From NCBI GenBank assembly GCA_946403855.1, contig CAMJBH010000002.1, forward strand, positions 27,063-91,062: DNA of 64,000 nucleotides, in the 5' to 3' direction. The position numbers and the translations under genes are program-made. The notes below the pieces were generated by a model that did not search any database, was not told the origin of the DNA, and worked only from the letters and a program-made list of their open reading frames with translations. Positions 26,474-36,588 of the stretch are shown here, piece by piece. Source of the stretch: an uncultured Bacteroidales bacterium. Its GTDB lineage: Bacteria; Bacteroidota; Bacteroidia; Bacteroidales; UBA932. Position 1 is the first letter of the stretch. Each line of letters opens with the position of its first letter.

Positions 26474-27176
26474 TAAACTGGTAAACGATATTTCCCTGCT
26501 GTCCTGCCGGAGCTGAAGGTGATGCGGAGAAGCGGCTCAGGCGTGCCGCGCGGATAGCGAAAGACCGAAGACATCCGTCTTTAGAGGAACAAGACTCGTC
26601 AATCTTGGCCGCCACCACGGTCCCGCTGTTATCGACCGTAATAAGCACCGTCACTTCACCCGCCCCCATGCAGCGGTAGGCAGGAATAGAAAGCCTGCTG
26701 GCCTTCCTGCCCTCGAGATAATAAGACACCACAGAAGGCCCGCTGTAAGCCTTCTGCTCTTGCTTTTTGCCAGTTTCTTTAGAAGGAACGTCGGCGGTAA
26801 AACCGTCGTCGGGCGCCTCAAAGCCGCTTTTCAGTTCTCGGGCCAGACGCTCGGCGTCTTTATAAAGCTGGTCGGCATCAGTGCCCCGGTCATCTTTAAG
26901 GGAGGCACGGTCCACCGCCACGTTGCGATAGCCGCCGCTCTGGGCGCCGAGTTCCTGTTGGAGCTTTTCGCTGATGGCTTGCTGCAATTCAGCCTCTTTC
27001 TGCAGCCTTTCGACTTCGGCCTGCAGCCTTTCCACCTCCTCCAATTTACTGAAGTCTATGACAAAGGAATTCTCCCGCTGAAGCGAAAAGCCGAGAGAAG
27101 TGGCAAGCAGGACTATCAGCACCGCAAGATGAATGATTACGGTGGTGTACAGTCCTGCTTTGTCTTCCTTTTTCAA
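26463..27176 (-). CDS. TonB-like energy transducer family protein
   Basis: Single N-terminal TM helix with His (IIHLAV), charged linker, C-terminal PAYRC..GEVTVLITVDNSG..GNIVYQF. TTG start. Confidence 0.75.
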   Translation of the reverse strand: MKKEDKAGLYTTVIIHLAVLIVLLATSLGFSLQRENSFVIDFSKLEEVERLQAEVERLQKEAELQQAISEKLQQELGAQSGGYRNVAVDRASLKDDRGTDADQLYKDAERLARELKSGFEAPDDGFTADVPSKETGKKQEQKAYSGPSVVSYYLEGRKASRLSIPAYRCMGAGEVTVLITVDNSGTVVAAKIDESCSSKDGCLRSFAIRAARLSRFSASPSAPAGQQGNIVYQFIAQ

Positions 27177-27183
27177 CTTATTT

Positions 27184-27804
27184 CTATCTAGTATTGCCGA
27201 GATTCTTCTCTACGGTTGCCGTAATGATATCAATGGCCACCGTGTTGTGTCCTCCCTGAGGAATGATGATATCGGCATATCGCTTGCTGGGCTCGATGAA
27301 CTGCAGGTACATGGGCTTTACAGTGCGGCTGTAGCGCTCTATGACCCAGTGCACGTCCTTCCCGCGCTCGCAAATATCCCGCTCTATGACGCGCATGAGG
27401 CGGTCGTCGTCATCGGCATCGACAAAAATCTTGATATCCATCTGGTCCCTGAGCTTCTTGCAGGTGAAGATAAGGATACCCTCGATGATAATGATGTCAG
27501 CCGGTTCCACCAACTTGGTCTCGGTCTTGGAACGCGTGCAGGAAATGAAGGAATACACAGGCTGCTGTACGCTCTTGCCATTCTTGAGGTCCTTCAGCTG
27601 GCTGCAAAGCAGGTCCCATTCTATGGAGTCCGGGTGGTCGAAATTGTGGACTCTCTTCTCCTCGTCTGTGAGGTCGCTGGAATCCTTGTAGTAGGAGTCC
27701 TGGGGGATGACCACAACTTTTTTACCTTTAAGCTTCTCGGTGATAGAGTTGACCACCGTAGTCTTGCCGGATCCCGATCCGCCGGCGATACCGATAACTA
27801 GCAT
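27184..27804 (-). CDS. udk: Uridine kinase
   Basis: GIAGGSGSGKTT, QDSYY, NFDHP, IIEGIL, FIEPSKRYADIIIP. Confidence 0.95.
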   Translation of the reverse strand: MLVIGIAGGSGSGKTTVVNSITEKLKGKKVVVIPQDSYYKDSSDLTDEEKRVHNFDHPDSIEWDLLCSQLKDLKNGKSVQQPVYSFISCTRSKTETKLVEPADIIIIEGILIFTCKKLRDQMDIKIFVDADDDDRLMRVIERDICERGKDVHWVIERYSRTVKPMYLQFIEPSKRYADIIIPQGGHNTVAIDIITATVEKNLGNTR

Positions 27805-27836
27805 ATAAATATCGTCTTTTGTTAATTTTGGCTGCG

Positions 27837-29240
27837 CTAAAAATCAGCGTTTTTAGGAGTCCTGGGGAAAGGAATGACGTCACGGATATTCTGCATGCCG
27901 GTGATGAAGAGCAGCAACCTCTCGAAGCCGAGTCCGAATCCGCTGTGAGGGCAGGAACCGAAACGCCTGGTGTCTATATACCACTCCAGGTTACGACGGC
28001 TCATTCCCAGTTCGTCAATACGGGTCTCGAGCTTGCCGAGGTCGGCTTCACGCTCGCTTCCGCCTATGATTTCGCCAATCTTCGGGAACAGCACATCCAT
28101 GGCCCTGACGGTCTTCCCGTCGGGATTCTGCTTCATGTAGAAGGCCTTGATGTCTTTGGGATAGCCGGTGAGGATGACAGGCTTTCCGAAATGCTTCTCC
28201 ACAAGGTAACGCTCGTGCTCGCTCTGCAGGTCGGCGCCCCAGAATACAGGATACTCAAACTGAACTCCGTTCTTCACGGCCTCTTCCAGTATCTTTATGC
28301 CTTCGGTGTACTCGAGTCGCACGAATTCAGTGCCCACGACGCTCTTAAGACGCTCTATGAGCTCGGGATCGTAGCGGTCGTTGAGGAACTGGATATCATC
28401 CATGCAGTGCTCCAGGGCATAGCTCACGAGGTGCTTGATGAAGTCCTCTGCAAGGTCCATGTTGTCCTTGATGTCGTAGAATGCCATCTCGGGCTCGATC
28501 ATCCAGAACTCAGCGAGGTGGCGGGGGGTGTTGGAATTCTCGGCCCTGAAGGTCGGTCCGAAGGTGTAGATCTCGCCGAGAGCCGTTGCTCCAAGCTCCC
28601 CCTCAAGCTGACCGCTGACGGTAAGCGAAGTCCTGCGGCCGAAGAAATCCTTGCTGTAATCGATTTCGCCCTTCTTTCCGCGAGGCAGGGGAGCGTCGAG
28701 GTCAAGAGTCGTCACCTGGAACATGTTGCCGGCTCCTTCGGCATCGGATGCCGTGATGAGAGGGGTGTGCAGATAGACGAAACCCTTGGAATGGAAGTAA
28801 TCGTGAATGGCGAAAGCCATCTGGCTGCGGAGCCTGAGTATAGCACCGAATGTATTGGTGCGCGGGCGCATGTGGGCGACGGTGCGGAGATACTCGAAGG
28901 AAGTGTCTTTCTTCTGAAGCGGGTAGCGCATGGGATCGCACTCTCCGTATATGTCTATATGCGAAGCTCTGATCTCTACAGCCTGACCGCTACCGACAGA
29001 CTCTACCAATTTGCCCTGGACGCCTATGCAGGCCCCGGTGCTGATCTTCGAGAGTATCGGTTCCGTGCTCTCGTTCTTGTCAACTACTATCTGAATATTC
29101 TTGATGGTAGAACCGTCGTTCAGAGCGATGAACGCTATCTCTTTATTTCCTCTCTTGGTCCTTACCCATCCTTTGGCAAGAACCTCCGCGCCTGCCTCCA
29201 TCTTCAGCAGGTCCTTGACTTTTGTCCTGATTATTTCCAT
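27837..29240 (-). CDS. asnS: Asparagine--tRNA ligase
   Basis: [59 protein letters not shown]. Confidence 0.96.
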   Translation of the reverse strand: MEIIRTKVKDLLKMEAGAEVLAKGWVRTKRGNKEIAFIALNDGSTIKNIQIVVDKNESTEPILSKISTGACIGVQGKLVESVGSGQAVEIRASHIDIYGECDPMRYPLQKKDTSFEYLRTVAHMRPRTNTFGAILRLRSQMAFAIHDYFHSKGFVYLHTPLITASDAEGAGNMFQVTTLDLDAPLPRGKKGEIDYSKDFFGRRTSLTVSGQLEGELGATALGEIYTFGPTFRAENSNTPRHLAEFWMIEPEMAFYDIKDNMDLAEDFIKHLVSYALEHCMDDIQFLNDRYDPELIERLKSVVGTEFVRLEYTEGIKILEEAVKNGVQFEYPVFWGADLQSEHERYLVEKHFGKPVILTGYPKDIKAFYMKQNPDGKTVRAMDVLFPKIGEIIGGSEREADLGKLETRIDELGMSRRNLEWYIDTRRFGSCPHSGFGLGFERLLLFITGMQNIRDVIPFPRTPKNADF

Positions 29241-29254
29241 TTGTTATGTCTTTT

Positions 29255-29286
29255 AAAAAAGGAGCCCTCTCGGAAGGGGGCTCCTT
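29255..29286 (-). terminator. Terminator after the exbBD operon
   Basis: GGAGCCCTC-TCGGAA-GGGGGCTCC hairpin with a T6 tail on the minus strand. Confidence 0.8.
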
Positions 29287-29305
29287 ATAAACTCTGAGCG
29301 GTTAT

Positions 29306-29776
29306 TTATTTGCCGCCCTTTCTTGCCGAGTACATGATCTTAAGCGCGGAGCAACGTCTGAGCTCCTGCTTAACATCTGTAATGATACCCATTCTTACGT
29401 CCTGGTCCGCCCTGATGCTGGTCGTCATGAACTGACGGTCGGCTTCGCTCTTGGACTCGCGCTCCGCGGCGATGAAGTCACGGATGTCGTCGGTGGTCTT
29501 GAACGAGTCGTTCAGCTGGATACGGGCTTCAGTACCGTACATGGCCTGCAAAGACTTGATAGGAGTACCGATGTTGATATAGGAGTTAAGGTCCTTGCGC
29601 TCGAGTTTAACGACCTCGGAAGCTTCGGGGATCTTTACTATAACCTTGTTCTCGGTCTCACGCATCTGCGTAGTCACCATGAAGAAGAACAGGAGCATGA
29701 AAACGATATCGGAAAGGGAGCTGCTGGTCATTGCCGGCACCTCTTTCTTGTTGTTGCTTCCACCAAATTTTGACAT
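29306..29776 (-). CDS. exbD: Biopolymer transporter ExbD/TolR
   Basis: SLSDIVFMLLFFFMVTT transmembrane motif; IRADQDVRMG. Confidence 0.9.
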   Translation of the reverse strand: MSKFGGSNNKKEVPAMTSSSLSDIVFMLLFFFMVTTQMRETENKVIVKIPEASEVVKLERKDLNSYINIGTPIKSLQAMYGTEARIQLNDSFKTTDDIRDFIAAERESKSEADRQFMTTSIRADQDVRMGIITDVKQELRRCSALKIMYSARKGGK

Positions 29777-29793
29777 AATTAATTCCTCCTGTT

Positions 29794-30375
29794 TTATCTT
29801 CTACGGCCTACATCCTTAGGCTCAGCCTCGGAAATGAACTGAGGCACTGCCTTCTTAACTATGCCCTGCTCGTCCTCGGTAAGCTGTGAGAAGACCTTTC
29901 CGTAGTTCTTCCTGGAGAAGTCGTCACGGAGTTCGTTCACTGCCTTTACGAGTTCGTTCTGCACGGCGATGTATGCTTGGTAACTGGTACCGCGGTCATT
30001 CTGAAGGGAGATGATACCCTTTGATACGGGATACTCTCCGAACCCTTCGATGTTCTGAATCTCCTTCTCAGGAAGGTTGGGATCGTTTGCAGGGTTGGTC
30101 AGAAATTCCTTGATCTTGTCTTTGAGTTGGCTGACGTCTATGGGCTCGCTACCGGCAAGGATTCTATCGGCAGAATTGATCTTCACCTGAATAATGTTAC
30201 GGCGATTGACCTTCTGGTCCTCAACTTTCTGATCTTTGTCCGGCATAGGGGGCAGACGACGGCTCAAACCGGTCTGGCTTCCCATGGTCGTGGTCATCAG
30301 GAAGTAGCACAACAGCAGGAACGCGATATCCGCGGTCGAGCTGGTGTTCATTGCTGGTACTTTCTTCTTGCCCAT
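29794..30375 (-). CDS. exbD: Biopolymer transporter ExbD/TolR, second copy
   Basis: STADIAFLLLCYFLMTTT; ISLQNDRGTSY. Confidence 0.88.
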   Translation of the reverse strand: MGKKKVPAMNTSSTADIAFLLLCYFLMTTTMGSQTGLSRRLPPMPDKDQKVEDQKVNRRNIIQVKINSADRILAGSEPIDVSQLKDKIKEFLTNPANDPNLPEKEIQNIEGFGEYPVSKGIISLQNDRGTSYQAYIAVQNELVKAVNELRDDFSRKNYGKVFSQLTEDEQGIVKKAVPQFISEAEPKDVGRRR

Positions 30376-30377
30376 AA

Positions 30378-30815
30378 TTATTTCTTGCTAGCTATGGCCA
30401 TACGGACTTCGCCGACTACAATCGCCAAGATGGCGGCTGCACCCACGATGTACGTAAGGTTAAGTATGGTATCGGTAAGTTTGAGCTGTCCTTCGCTCAC
30501 CGCAGGACCGTTGTAGGCCATTGCGGGGTCGCCCTTTGCAAGCACAAAGGCGATGAGGCAAAGCGCTGCTACACCCAAAATGGCGATGCCGATCTTGACA
30601 AGGCTCTTCGGGTTGTTCTTGGCTCCTACGATCAAGCCTATCACGACCCAGCTGACAATGGCCAGGCCAAGCATGATGTAGGTCCAGTAGAGCAGAAGCT
30701 CGACAGCTTTGCCGTCATTTGATTCGAAGCCTACGGAGAAGCCCCAAATCAGCAGGCCGACACTGACGAGAATCAGCGCTATCATACCCCATTTGATAAT
30801 CTTGTTAAGTTTCAT
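30378..30815 (-). CDS. Membrane protein within the exbB-exbD operon
   Basis: Four hydrophobic helices; located between exbB and exbD. Confidence 0.8.
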   Translation of the reverse strand: MKLNKIIKWGMIALILVSVGLLIWGFSVGFESNDGKAVELLLYWTYIMLGLAIVSWVVIGLIVGAKNNPKSLVKIGIAILGVAALCLIAFVLAKGDPAMAYNGPAVSEGQLKLTDTILNLTYIVGAAAILAIVVGEVRMAIASKK

Positions 30816-30821
30816 GGTGAA

Positions 30822-31622
30822 TTATTTCTTCTTCTCGTTGTACTTTGTAAGGAGGTCGATAAGGCAGATGGAAGAATCCTCCATGTCGATGGTGAGGCCG
30901 TCGATCTTTGCGAGGATGTAGTTGTAGAACACCTGCAGAATCATAGCGACGATCAAACCGCCGACGGTGGTGATAAGGGCCACCTTCATACCGCCTGCAA
31001 CAACGTTAGGGGAAATGTCACCGGCTGCCTGGATAGCATCGAAAGCGTTGATCATACCGATAACGGTACCGAGGAATCCGAGGGACGGGGCAATGGCGAT
31101 GAACAGGGAAATCCAGCTCAAGCCGTTCTCCATTTCACTCATCTGCACGGAACCATAGGAAACGACGGTCTTCTCGACGACGTCGACGCCCTGGTCATAG
31201 CGAAGCAGACCCTGATAGAAGATGGAAGCCACGGGGCCACGGGTCTCACGGCAAACATCCTTTGCAGCTTCTACACCGCCTTCCTCAAGAGCCTTCTCGA
31301 CTTTCTCGAGGAGCTTCTTGGTGTTGGACTTGGAGAAGGTGAGGTAAAGGATACGCTCGATAGCGAGGGCAAGACCGATGATCAAGCAGATGATGATCAG
31401 GGACATAAATCCTGCACCACCTTCGATGAACTTGGTCTTGAGAGCCTGGTGAAGGGGAATTTCCTCGCCGGTGCCTGAGAGAAGGTCTGAGGCGCTCATT
31501 TCAGCGGGAGCGGCTGCAACTTCCTCGGCTGCAGGAGCGGCCTGTCCGTCCTGTGCGGATGCGGTGTTTGCAGTGAAGGCCATAAGGCCGGCGACTGCCA
31601 AAAGCATGAAAAACTTTTTCAT
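30822..31622 (-). CDS. exbB: MotA/TolQ/ExbB proton channel
   Basis: APSLGFLGTVIGMINAF, VAGGMKVALITTVGGL. Confidence 0.9.
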   Translation of the reverse strand: MKKFFMLLAVAGLMAFTANTASAQDGQAAPAAEEVAAAPAEMSASDLLSGTGEEIPLHQALKTKFIEGGAGFMSLIIICLIIGLALAIERILYLTFSKSNTKKLLEKVEKALEEGGVEAAKDVCRETRGPVASIFYQGLLRYDQGVDVVEKTVVSYGSVQMSEMENGLSWISLFIAIAPSLGFLGTVIGMINAFDAIQAAGDISPNVVAGGMKVALITTVGGLIVAMILQVFYNYILAKIDGLTIDMEDSSICLIDLLTKYNEKKK

Positions 31623-31705
31623 AAATTTTTAGAAGATGTATTAGTTATAAATTAATTTCATACGAAATCGGTGCAATTTAGCAAAAAAAATCCATATGTC
31701 AATAC

Positions 31706-32740
31706 TTAATTTGAGATTTCGCCACGCAGGTCTTTCTCTAAAAATGCTTTAACGCGCTGATTATCATTTGTGTTGCCCATCAAGAAGAAAAGTTTGCCAA
31801 GTGCACTCTCGGTGGTTATATCCCCGCCTCCAAGCACTCCGGCGTTCCCGAGAGCCCGTCCGGTGGCGTACAAATCCATGTTTACCTTACCCCGAAGGCA
31901 CTGGGTGACGTTGAGGAGCAGCTTTCCACGCGAAGCCGATTCTTTGACTATATCCAGGAACCAGTCCCTCGAAGGAGCGTTCCCGCAGCCGTAGGTCTCT
32001 ATGATGACGGCTCTTGTGAGCGAGCCCAGAAGGATGTCTTCCACTACCTGCCTGGTGATGCCCGGATGTACTTTTAGTATAGATACGCGCGTGTCGAGGT
32101 CCAAGTGGACTTTGAATTCGCCCCCGGAAGGACGCCGTATAATGTCGTTGTTGTAGCGTATGTCTATGCCGGCTTCGGCGAGCGGCGGCAAACATGGGGA
32201 GCGGAATGCCTCGAAGCCTGTGGCATCTACTTTCGTGCTGCGGTTTCCTCTGAGCAACAGCGAGTTAAAGAATATGCATACCTCCGGAACCATGGGACTG
32301 CCGTCGGGCTTGCGGGCCCCTGCAATCTCCACTGACGATATGAGATTCTCTTTCCCGTCTGTGCGGGGGCGGCCGATAGGCAGCTGGCTTCCGGTGAAGA
32401 TCACAGGCTTGCCGAGGTTCTCGAGCATGAAACTCAGGGCCGATGCGCTGTAGGCCATGGTATCGGTGCCGTGCAGCACCACAAAACCGTCGTAGGAGTC
32501 GTAATTGTCCCGTATCAGAACGGCCAGCTGCTGCCACATGGCAGGCTCGACGTCCGAAGAATCAATCAAGGGATCGAAGGTGTAGGAATCTATGCGGATG
32601 TCGAATTTACGCAGCTCAGGCACCTCTTCGAGCAGGGCGCCGAAGTCGAAGGGCCTGAGGGTCTGGTCCACGGGATCTTCCTTCATTCCTATTGTGCCTC
32701 CGGTATAGATAAGGAGGACGGATGATTTGTCTTTGTTCAT
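31706..32740 (-). CDS. ansA: L-asparaginase type I
   Basis: IYTGGTIGM, DSSD, HGTDTMAY, TGSQLP, RGNRSTK; no signal peptide. Confidence 0.92.
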   Translation of the reverse strand: MNKDKSSVLLIYTGGTIGMKEDPVDQTLRPFDFGALLEEVPELRKFDIRIDSYTFDPLIDSSDVEPAMWQQLAVLIRDNYDSYDGFVVLHGTDTMAYSASALSFMLENLGKPVIFTGSQLPIGRPRTDGKENLISSVEIAGARKPDGSPMVPEVCIFFNSLLLRGNRSTKVDATGFEAFRSPCLPPLAEAGIDIRYNNDIIRRPSGGEFKVHLDLDTRVSILKVHPGITRQVVEDILLGSLTRAVIIETYGCGNAPSRDWFLDIVKESASRGKLLLNVTQCLRGKVNMDLYATGRALGNAGVLGGGDITTESALGKLFFLMGNTNDNQRVKAFLEKDLRGEISN

Positions 32741-33507
32741 AGGGAAAACAGTTTGCGGGCGTTGGCAGTGGTGGCTGCTGCTACTTCTTCTATGCCGATC
32801 CCTTTGATCTGTGCGAGCCTGGCAGCAATCAGAGGGATGTTTGCGCTTTCGTTGCGGGTGCCTCTCAGAGGCGTAGGGGCCAGATAAGGGGCATCTGTTT
32901 CCAGCAAGATACGGTCCATGGGGATTTGCAGTATGTCCGTGGCGATGTGGGCGTTTTTAAAAGTCAGCACGCCGCCTATACCTACGTACCATTCGCCGTA
33001 GCGCTCCATGCGCCGGAACATTTCCGCACTCCCGCTGAATGCATGCAGGTTGCCTCGCAGCTGCATGCCACGGCATTTCTCCATGATCTCGAAAAAATCT
33101 TCCGTGGCCTCGCGCAAATGAATATTCACGGGAAGATTCCAGTCCCGGGCAAGCTCCAACTGCGCCAGGAAGGCCTCTTTCTGAATGTCCGCGGTTTCCT
33201 TGCTGTAGTGGTATTCAAGGCCTATCTCGCCTATTGCCACGGGGCCTCTGGAGCGCCACGAATGCATGGCCTGAACATTGTCTTTCCAATTCTCGTCCAC
33301 TTCCCCGGGGTAGAGCCCGAGCATTGGGAAGAGCACCCCGGGATGCCGGCCGCAGAGGACATACATGGCTTCCCTGTCTGCGGGACATGTGTCCGCCTGC
33401 AGCATGATGCTCACGCCAGCCTCCTGCGCCCTCCGCACCACTGCATCCTCTTCGCCGGCAAAAGCCTCGTCGCTGATATGGGTGTGCGTATCGATGAATT
33501 CTAACAT
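32737..33507 (-). CDS. tatD: TatD family hydrolase
   Basis: IDTHTH, AIGEIGL, HLREA, HAFSG, ILLETDAPYLAP. Confidence 0.9.
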   Translation of the reverse strand: MLEFIDTHTHISDEAFAGEEDAVVRRAQEAGVSIMLQADTCPADREAMYVLCGRHPGVLFPMLGLYPGEVDENWKDNVQAMHSWRSRGPVAIGEIGLEYHYSKETADIQKEAFLAQLELARDWNLPVNIHLREATEDFFEIMEKCRGMQLRGNLHAFSGSAEMFRRMERYGEWYVGIGGVLTFKNAHIATDILQIPMDRILLETDAPYLAPTPLRGTRNESANIPLIAARLAQIKGIGIEEVAAATTANARKLFSL

Positions 33508-33518
33508 AGACCACAAAG

Positions 33519-34679
33519 TTACACTTTTTTATTGTCAATGCAGCAGCGGCGGAGCAAATCTGTGCACACGAAGCCGTCGCTCTCCAACAGGCATACCGCG
33601 GCGGAAACTTTGCCGATGTCGCTCCCTAGCTCGCGGCAAATTTCCTCGGGGGTGATGCCGCGCTTTTCTTGAATAAGAAGGGCAACCTCTATCAATTCTG
33701 CCAGGGTTTCATTGGAGGTGCCTTCATAACAACGTTCCAGCTGCTCCCGAAGACCGGTATGTGTACTGCGTTTCGACGACCCCAGCCCAAGTTGCGCGGA
33801 GAGGCCCTCGAGCTCGGTGACGGGCTCTGCTATCTTCTCTTTTATCAATCGGTTGCATCCGGCAGAGCGCAGGTCGTCTATCCGCCCCGGCAGACAGAAA
33901 ACCTCACGCCCGTATCCCGCGGCAAGGCGTGCAGTCATGGTGCCTCCGCCCTGCGCCTTGGATTCAACCAGGACCGTAGCCCTCGACAGGCCGGCAATGA
34001 TGCGGTTACGCCTCAGAAAATTGAAAGGTTGCGGGCTCGTGAGGGGCGGAAAGTCGGTGACTACGGCGCAGCCGGGCGTCTGCACGATGCGTTCCGCCAC
34101 AGCTCTGTGCCTCCAGGGGTATATGCTGTCTATTCCAACCGGGATAACGGCAATTGTGGGAAGGCCGAAAGCAAGGGCTGCCAGATGGGCGGTTATATCT
34201 ACTCCTATTGCAAAGCCGCTGGTTATGACCGGCTTTGACCGTGCTCCGGAAAGGGAACGGACTATCTTCTCGGTGAATTCTTTGCCGTAAGGAGAGATGT
34301 CGCGCGTGCCTACAATGGAAATCGAATCGATGCCGCTCCATAACTCCCCGGGCGGGCTGGTGCTGAGTATGTAAAGCCCTGCGGGTGCGTCTTCACAGTC
34401 GGCCAGAAGCGCCGGATAATCTGTCTGCCCGTAGCAAACGAATCTGCACCCTGTGGGCTCCAGTTGCTTCCATTCGCGTTCGGACGCTTCGAGCTCCTGT
34501 GCGCTTAAACCTGCCCTGTACTTGCTGTACGGGCCGAAAAGTTCGTCCAGAGTCTCTTTGGATTGGGAAAACACGGCTCCGGGAGAGCCGAAACGGCTGA
34601 TGAGCCGGCGGGCGATGGCGGGTTCGTACCCGAAAACCCTGTTGAGGGTGATCCCGCAAAGAATTTCATAGTTGTCCAT
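33519..34679 (-). CDS. dprA: DNA-processing protein DprA
   Basis: SIVGTR, SGFAIGVD..AH, FLRRNRIIAGLS, VFCLPGR, GCNRLI, C-terminal winged helix. Confidence 0.92.
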   Translation of the reverse strand: MDNYEILCGITLNRVFGYEPAIARRLISRFGSPGAVFSQSKETLDELFGPYSKYRAGLSAQELEASEREWKQLEPTGCRFVCYGQTDYPALLADCEDAPAGLYILSTSPPGELWSGIDSISIVGTRDISPYGKEFTEKIVRSLSGARSKPVITSGFAIGVDITAHLAALAFGLPTIAVIPVGIDSIYPWRHRAVAERIVQTPGCAVVTDFPPLTSPQPFNFLRRNRIIAGLSRATVLVESKAQGGGTMTARLAAGYGREVFCLPGRIDDLRSAGCNRLIKEKIAEPVTELEGLSAQLGLGSSKRSTHTGLREQLERCYEGTSNETLAELIEVALLIQEKRGITPEEICRELGSDIGKVSAAVCLLESDGFVCTDLLRRCCIDNKKV

Positions 34680-34723
34680 AACAGTTTTTCAATAGTCACG
34701 GACAAAGATATGAAATTATTCCA

Positions 34724-34796
34724 AAAAGAGAAACTGCAGCATGCTGTGACCTTTAGTCCAAGTTTCACGGTCACGGCATGCTGCAGTTTCTCTTTT
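34724..34796. terminator. 28-bp inverted repeat, probable terminator of queA
   Basis: AAAAGAGAAACTGCAGCATGCTGTGACC / GGTCACGGCATGCTGCAGTTTCTCTTTT with a 17-nt loop. Confidence 0.7.
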
Positions 34797-34829
34797 ATTC
34801 TAATTTTTACCAGATATTCAAAAAATAAA

Positions 34830-35879
34830 TCAGATAATCAAAAGAGCGTCTCCGTAGGGACCGAAGCGATAATCGTTTTCCAGGGCCACCTGATAAGCGT
34901 TCATGACCTTTTCGAACCCGCCGAAAGCTGCTTCCATCATGAGCATGGTGGAACAGGGCAGATGGAAATTGGAAACGAATGCATCTGCGATGCTGAATTC
35001 GTAGGGCGGGAAAATGAACTTGTTGGTCCAGGTGTCGTTGGGACGTATCTCGTGATTGGTCGTAACATAAGTCTCAAGAGCCCGCAGAACCGTTACGCCA
35101 ACGGCGCAGATCTTACCCCCGGCACGCTTGGTGCCGTTAATTTCGTCAGATGCCTGCTGGCTTATGATCATGTGCTCGCTGTCCACCCGGTGCTTTGACA
35201 GGTCTTCCACGTCCACGCTGCGGAAGTGCCCTATACCCATGTGTACGGTGATGAAGGTTTTCTCCACATCGTGCAGGATCATGCGGTTCATCAGTTCCCT
35301 GGAGAAGTGCATTCCTGCAGCGGGCGCAGACACAGCCCCTTCCTTGGAAGCGAAAATGGTCTGGAAATTCTCGGCGTCGGAAGCGTCGGTCTCTTCTTTC
35401 ACCCACTCGGGAACAGGAGTGCGCCCGAGGGCGAAGAGGGATTCCTTGAACTCCTCGTACGGTCCGTCGAACAGGAAGCGCAGGGTGCGGCCGCGGGAAG
35501 TGGTGTTGTCTATCACTTCGGCCACCATGCTCTCGTCCTCGCCGAAATAGAGTTTATTGCCTATACGTATCTTTCGTGCCGGTTCCACGATAACGTCCCA
35601 GAGGCGCTGCTCCTTGTTGAGCTCGCGAAGCAGGAACACCATGATGTCGGCGCCGGTTTTCTCTTTCTTGCCAAAAAGCTTGGCAGGGAATACCTTAGTG
35701 TCATTGAATACGAAACGGTCGCCCTTACCGAAGAACTCCAGAATGTCCTTAAATATCTTATGTTCAATCTCTCCGCTGTCCTTGTGAAGGACCATGAGCT
35801 TACATTCATCCCTCCAGTGGGCGGGCTCTTTTGCTATCCGCTCCTTGGGCAGATCAAAGTTAAATTGCGATAATTTCAT
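34830..35879 (-). CDS. queA: S-adenosylmethionine:tRNA ribosyltransferase-isomerase
   Basis: FNFDLPKERIA, VFNDTKVFPA, FQTIFA..GAVSAPAAGMHF, SNFHLPCST, YRFGPYGDALLI. Confidence 0.93.
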   Translation of the reverse strand: MKLSQFNFDLPKERIAKEPAHWRDECKLMVLHKDSGEIEHKIFKDILEFFGKGDRFVFNDTKVFPAKLFGKKEKTGADIMVFLLRELNKEQRLWDVIVEPARKIRIGNKLYFGEDESMVAEVIDNTTSRGRTLRFLFDGPYEEFKESLFALGRTPVPEWVKEETDASDAENFQTIFASKEGAVSAPAAGMHFSRELMNRMILHDVEKTFITVHMGIGHFRSVDVEDLSKHRVDSEHMIISQQASDEINGTKRAGGKICAVGVTVLRALETYVTTNHEIRPNDTWTNKFIFPPYEFSIADAFVSNFHLPCSTMLMMEAAFGGFEKVMNAYQVALENDYRFGPYGDALLII

Positions 35880-35932
35880 GCTGTTCCGTACTAAAGGTAC
35901 CTTATATATACGGACAACAAGACAAAAAAGTT

Positions 35933-36544
35933 TCAGACCTTCGCTTCGCGGAAAACTTCAAGTATGGAAGGGTAAGTATTTTTAAGATAAGGGGGCAGGC
36001 TCGATTTGGCCACCCATGCGGCCTTGCTTATGTCTTCTTCCCTCTGGGGCGTGAGGTTTACCGGATCGGTGTATAGCATGTCGTACCACCACGTGTGTTT
36101 GAGGTGCCACTGCCCGTCGCGGACGTAGCAATGGTCCGTTACGCAAATCAAGTCGCGAAGCTCCAATTCGTCCACGCCGGTCTCTTCCTGAACCTCTCGG
36201 AGAGCTGTAACCTTAATGTCTTCGCCCCTTTCCTGATGTCCCTTGGGCAAGTCCCAGAGATCGTTTCGCTTTATCAGCAGATAGTCGCCCCTGCGGTTAG
36301 ATACCAGGCCGCCGGCGGCATTTACTTCCCGAAACTCCGCGCAGAGCCTTCGGTACATGCGTCCGGTATTCTCGGTAGGAATGTAGATGCGGCTCAGCGA
36401 CTCCGAAGCCTTGAACATTGTGACCAGGGTGGGGATGTCCAGTCGCTCCCCGCTGTGGAACTCTATGGAGTTTGGGTCGGAAAGAGATTGGTCCGAAGGA
36501 TTGCAGATAATTATGCAGCGTTTCTCGAAGTAGATTTTGTGCAT
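35933..36544 (-). CDS. NUDIX hydrolase
   Basis: Nudix box LPKGHQERGEDIKVTALREVQEETG. Confidence 0.9.
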   Translation of the reverse strand: MHKIYFEKRCIIICNPSDQSLSDPNSIEFHSGERLDIPTLVTMFKASESLSRIYIPTENTGRMYRRLCAEFREVNAAGGLVSNRRGDYLLIKRNDLWDLPKGHQERGEDIKVTALREVQEETGVDELELRDLICVTDHCYVRDGQWHLKHTWWYDMLYTDPVNLTPQREEDISKAAWVAKSSLPPYLKNTYPSILEVFREAKV

Positions 36545-36552
36545 GATTTTTG

Positions 36553-36574
36553 TATATTTGCTGATGCAAAAATA
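36553..36574. promoter_or_regulatory. Overlapping divergent promoters (NUDIX / SRPBCC)
   Basis: TATATTTG on + (36553-60) and TATTTTTG on - (36574-67). Confidence 0.6.
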
Positions 36575-36588
36575 GTAAAAATCACGAT

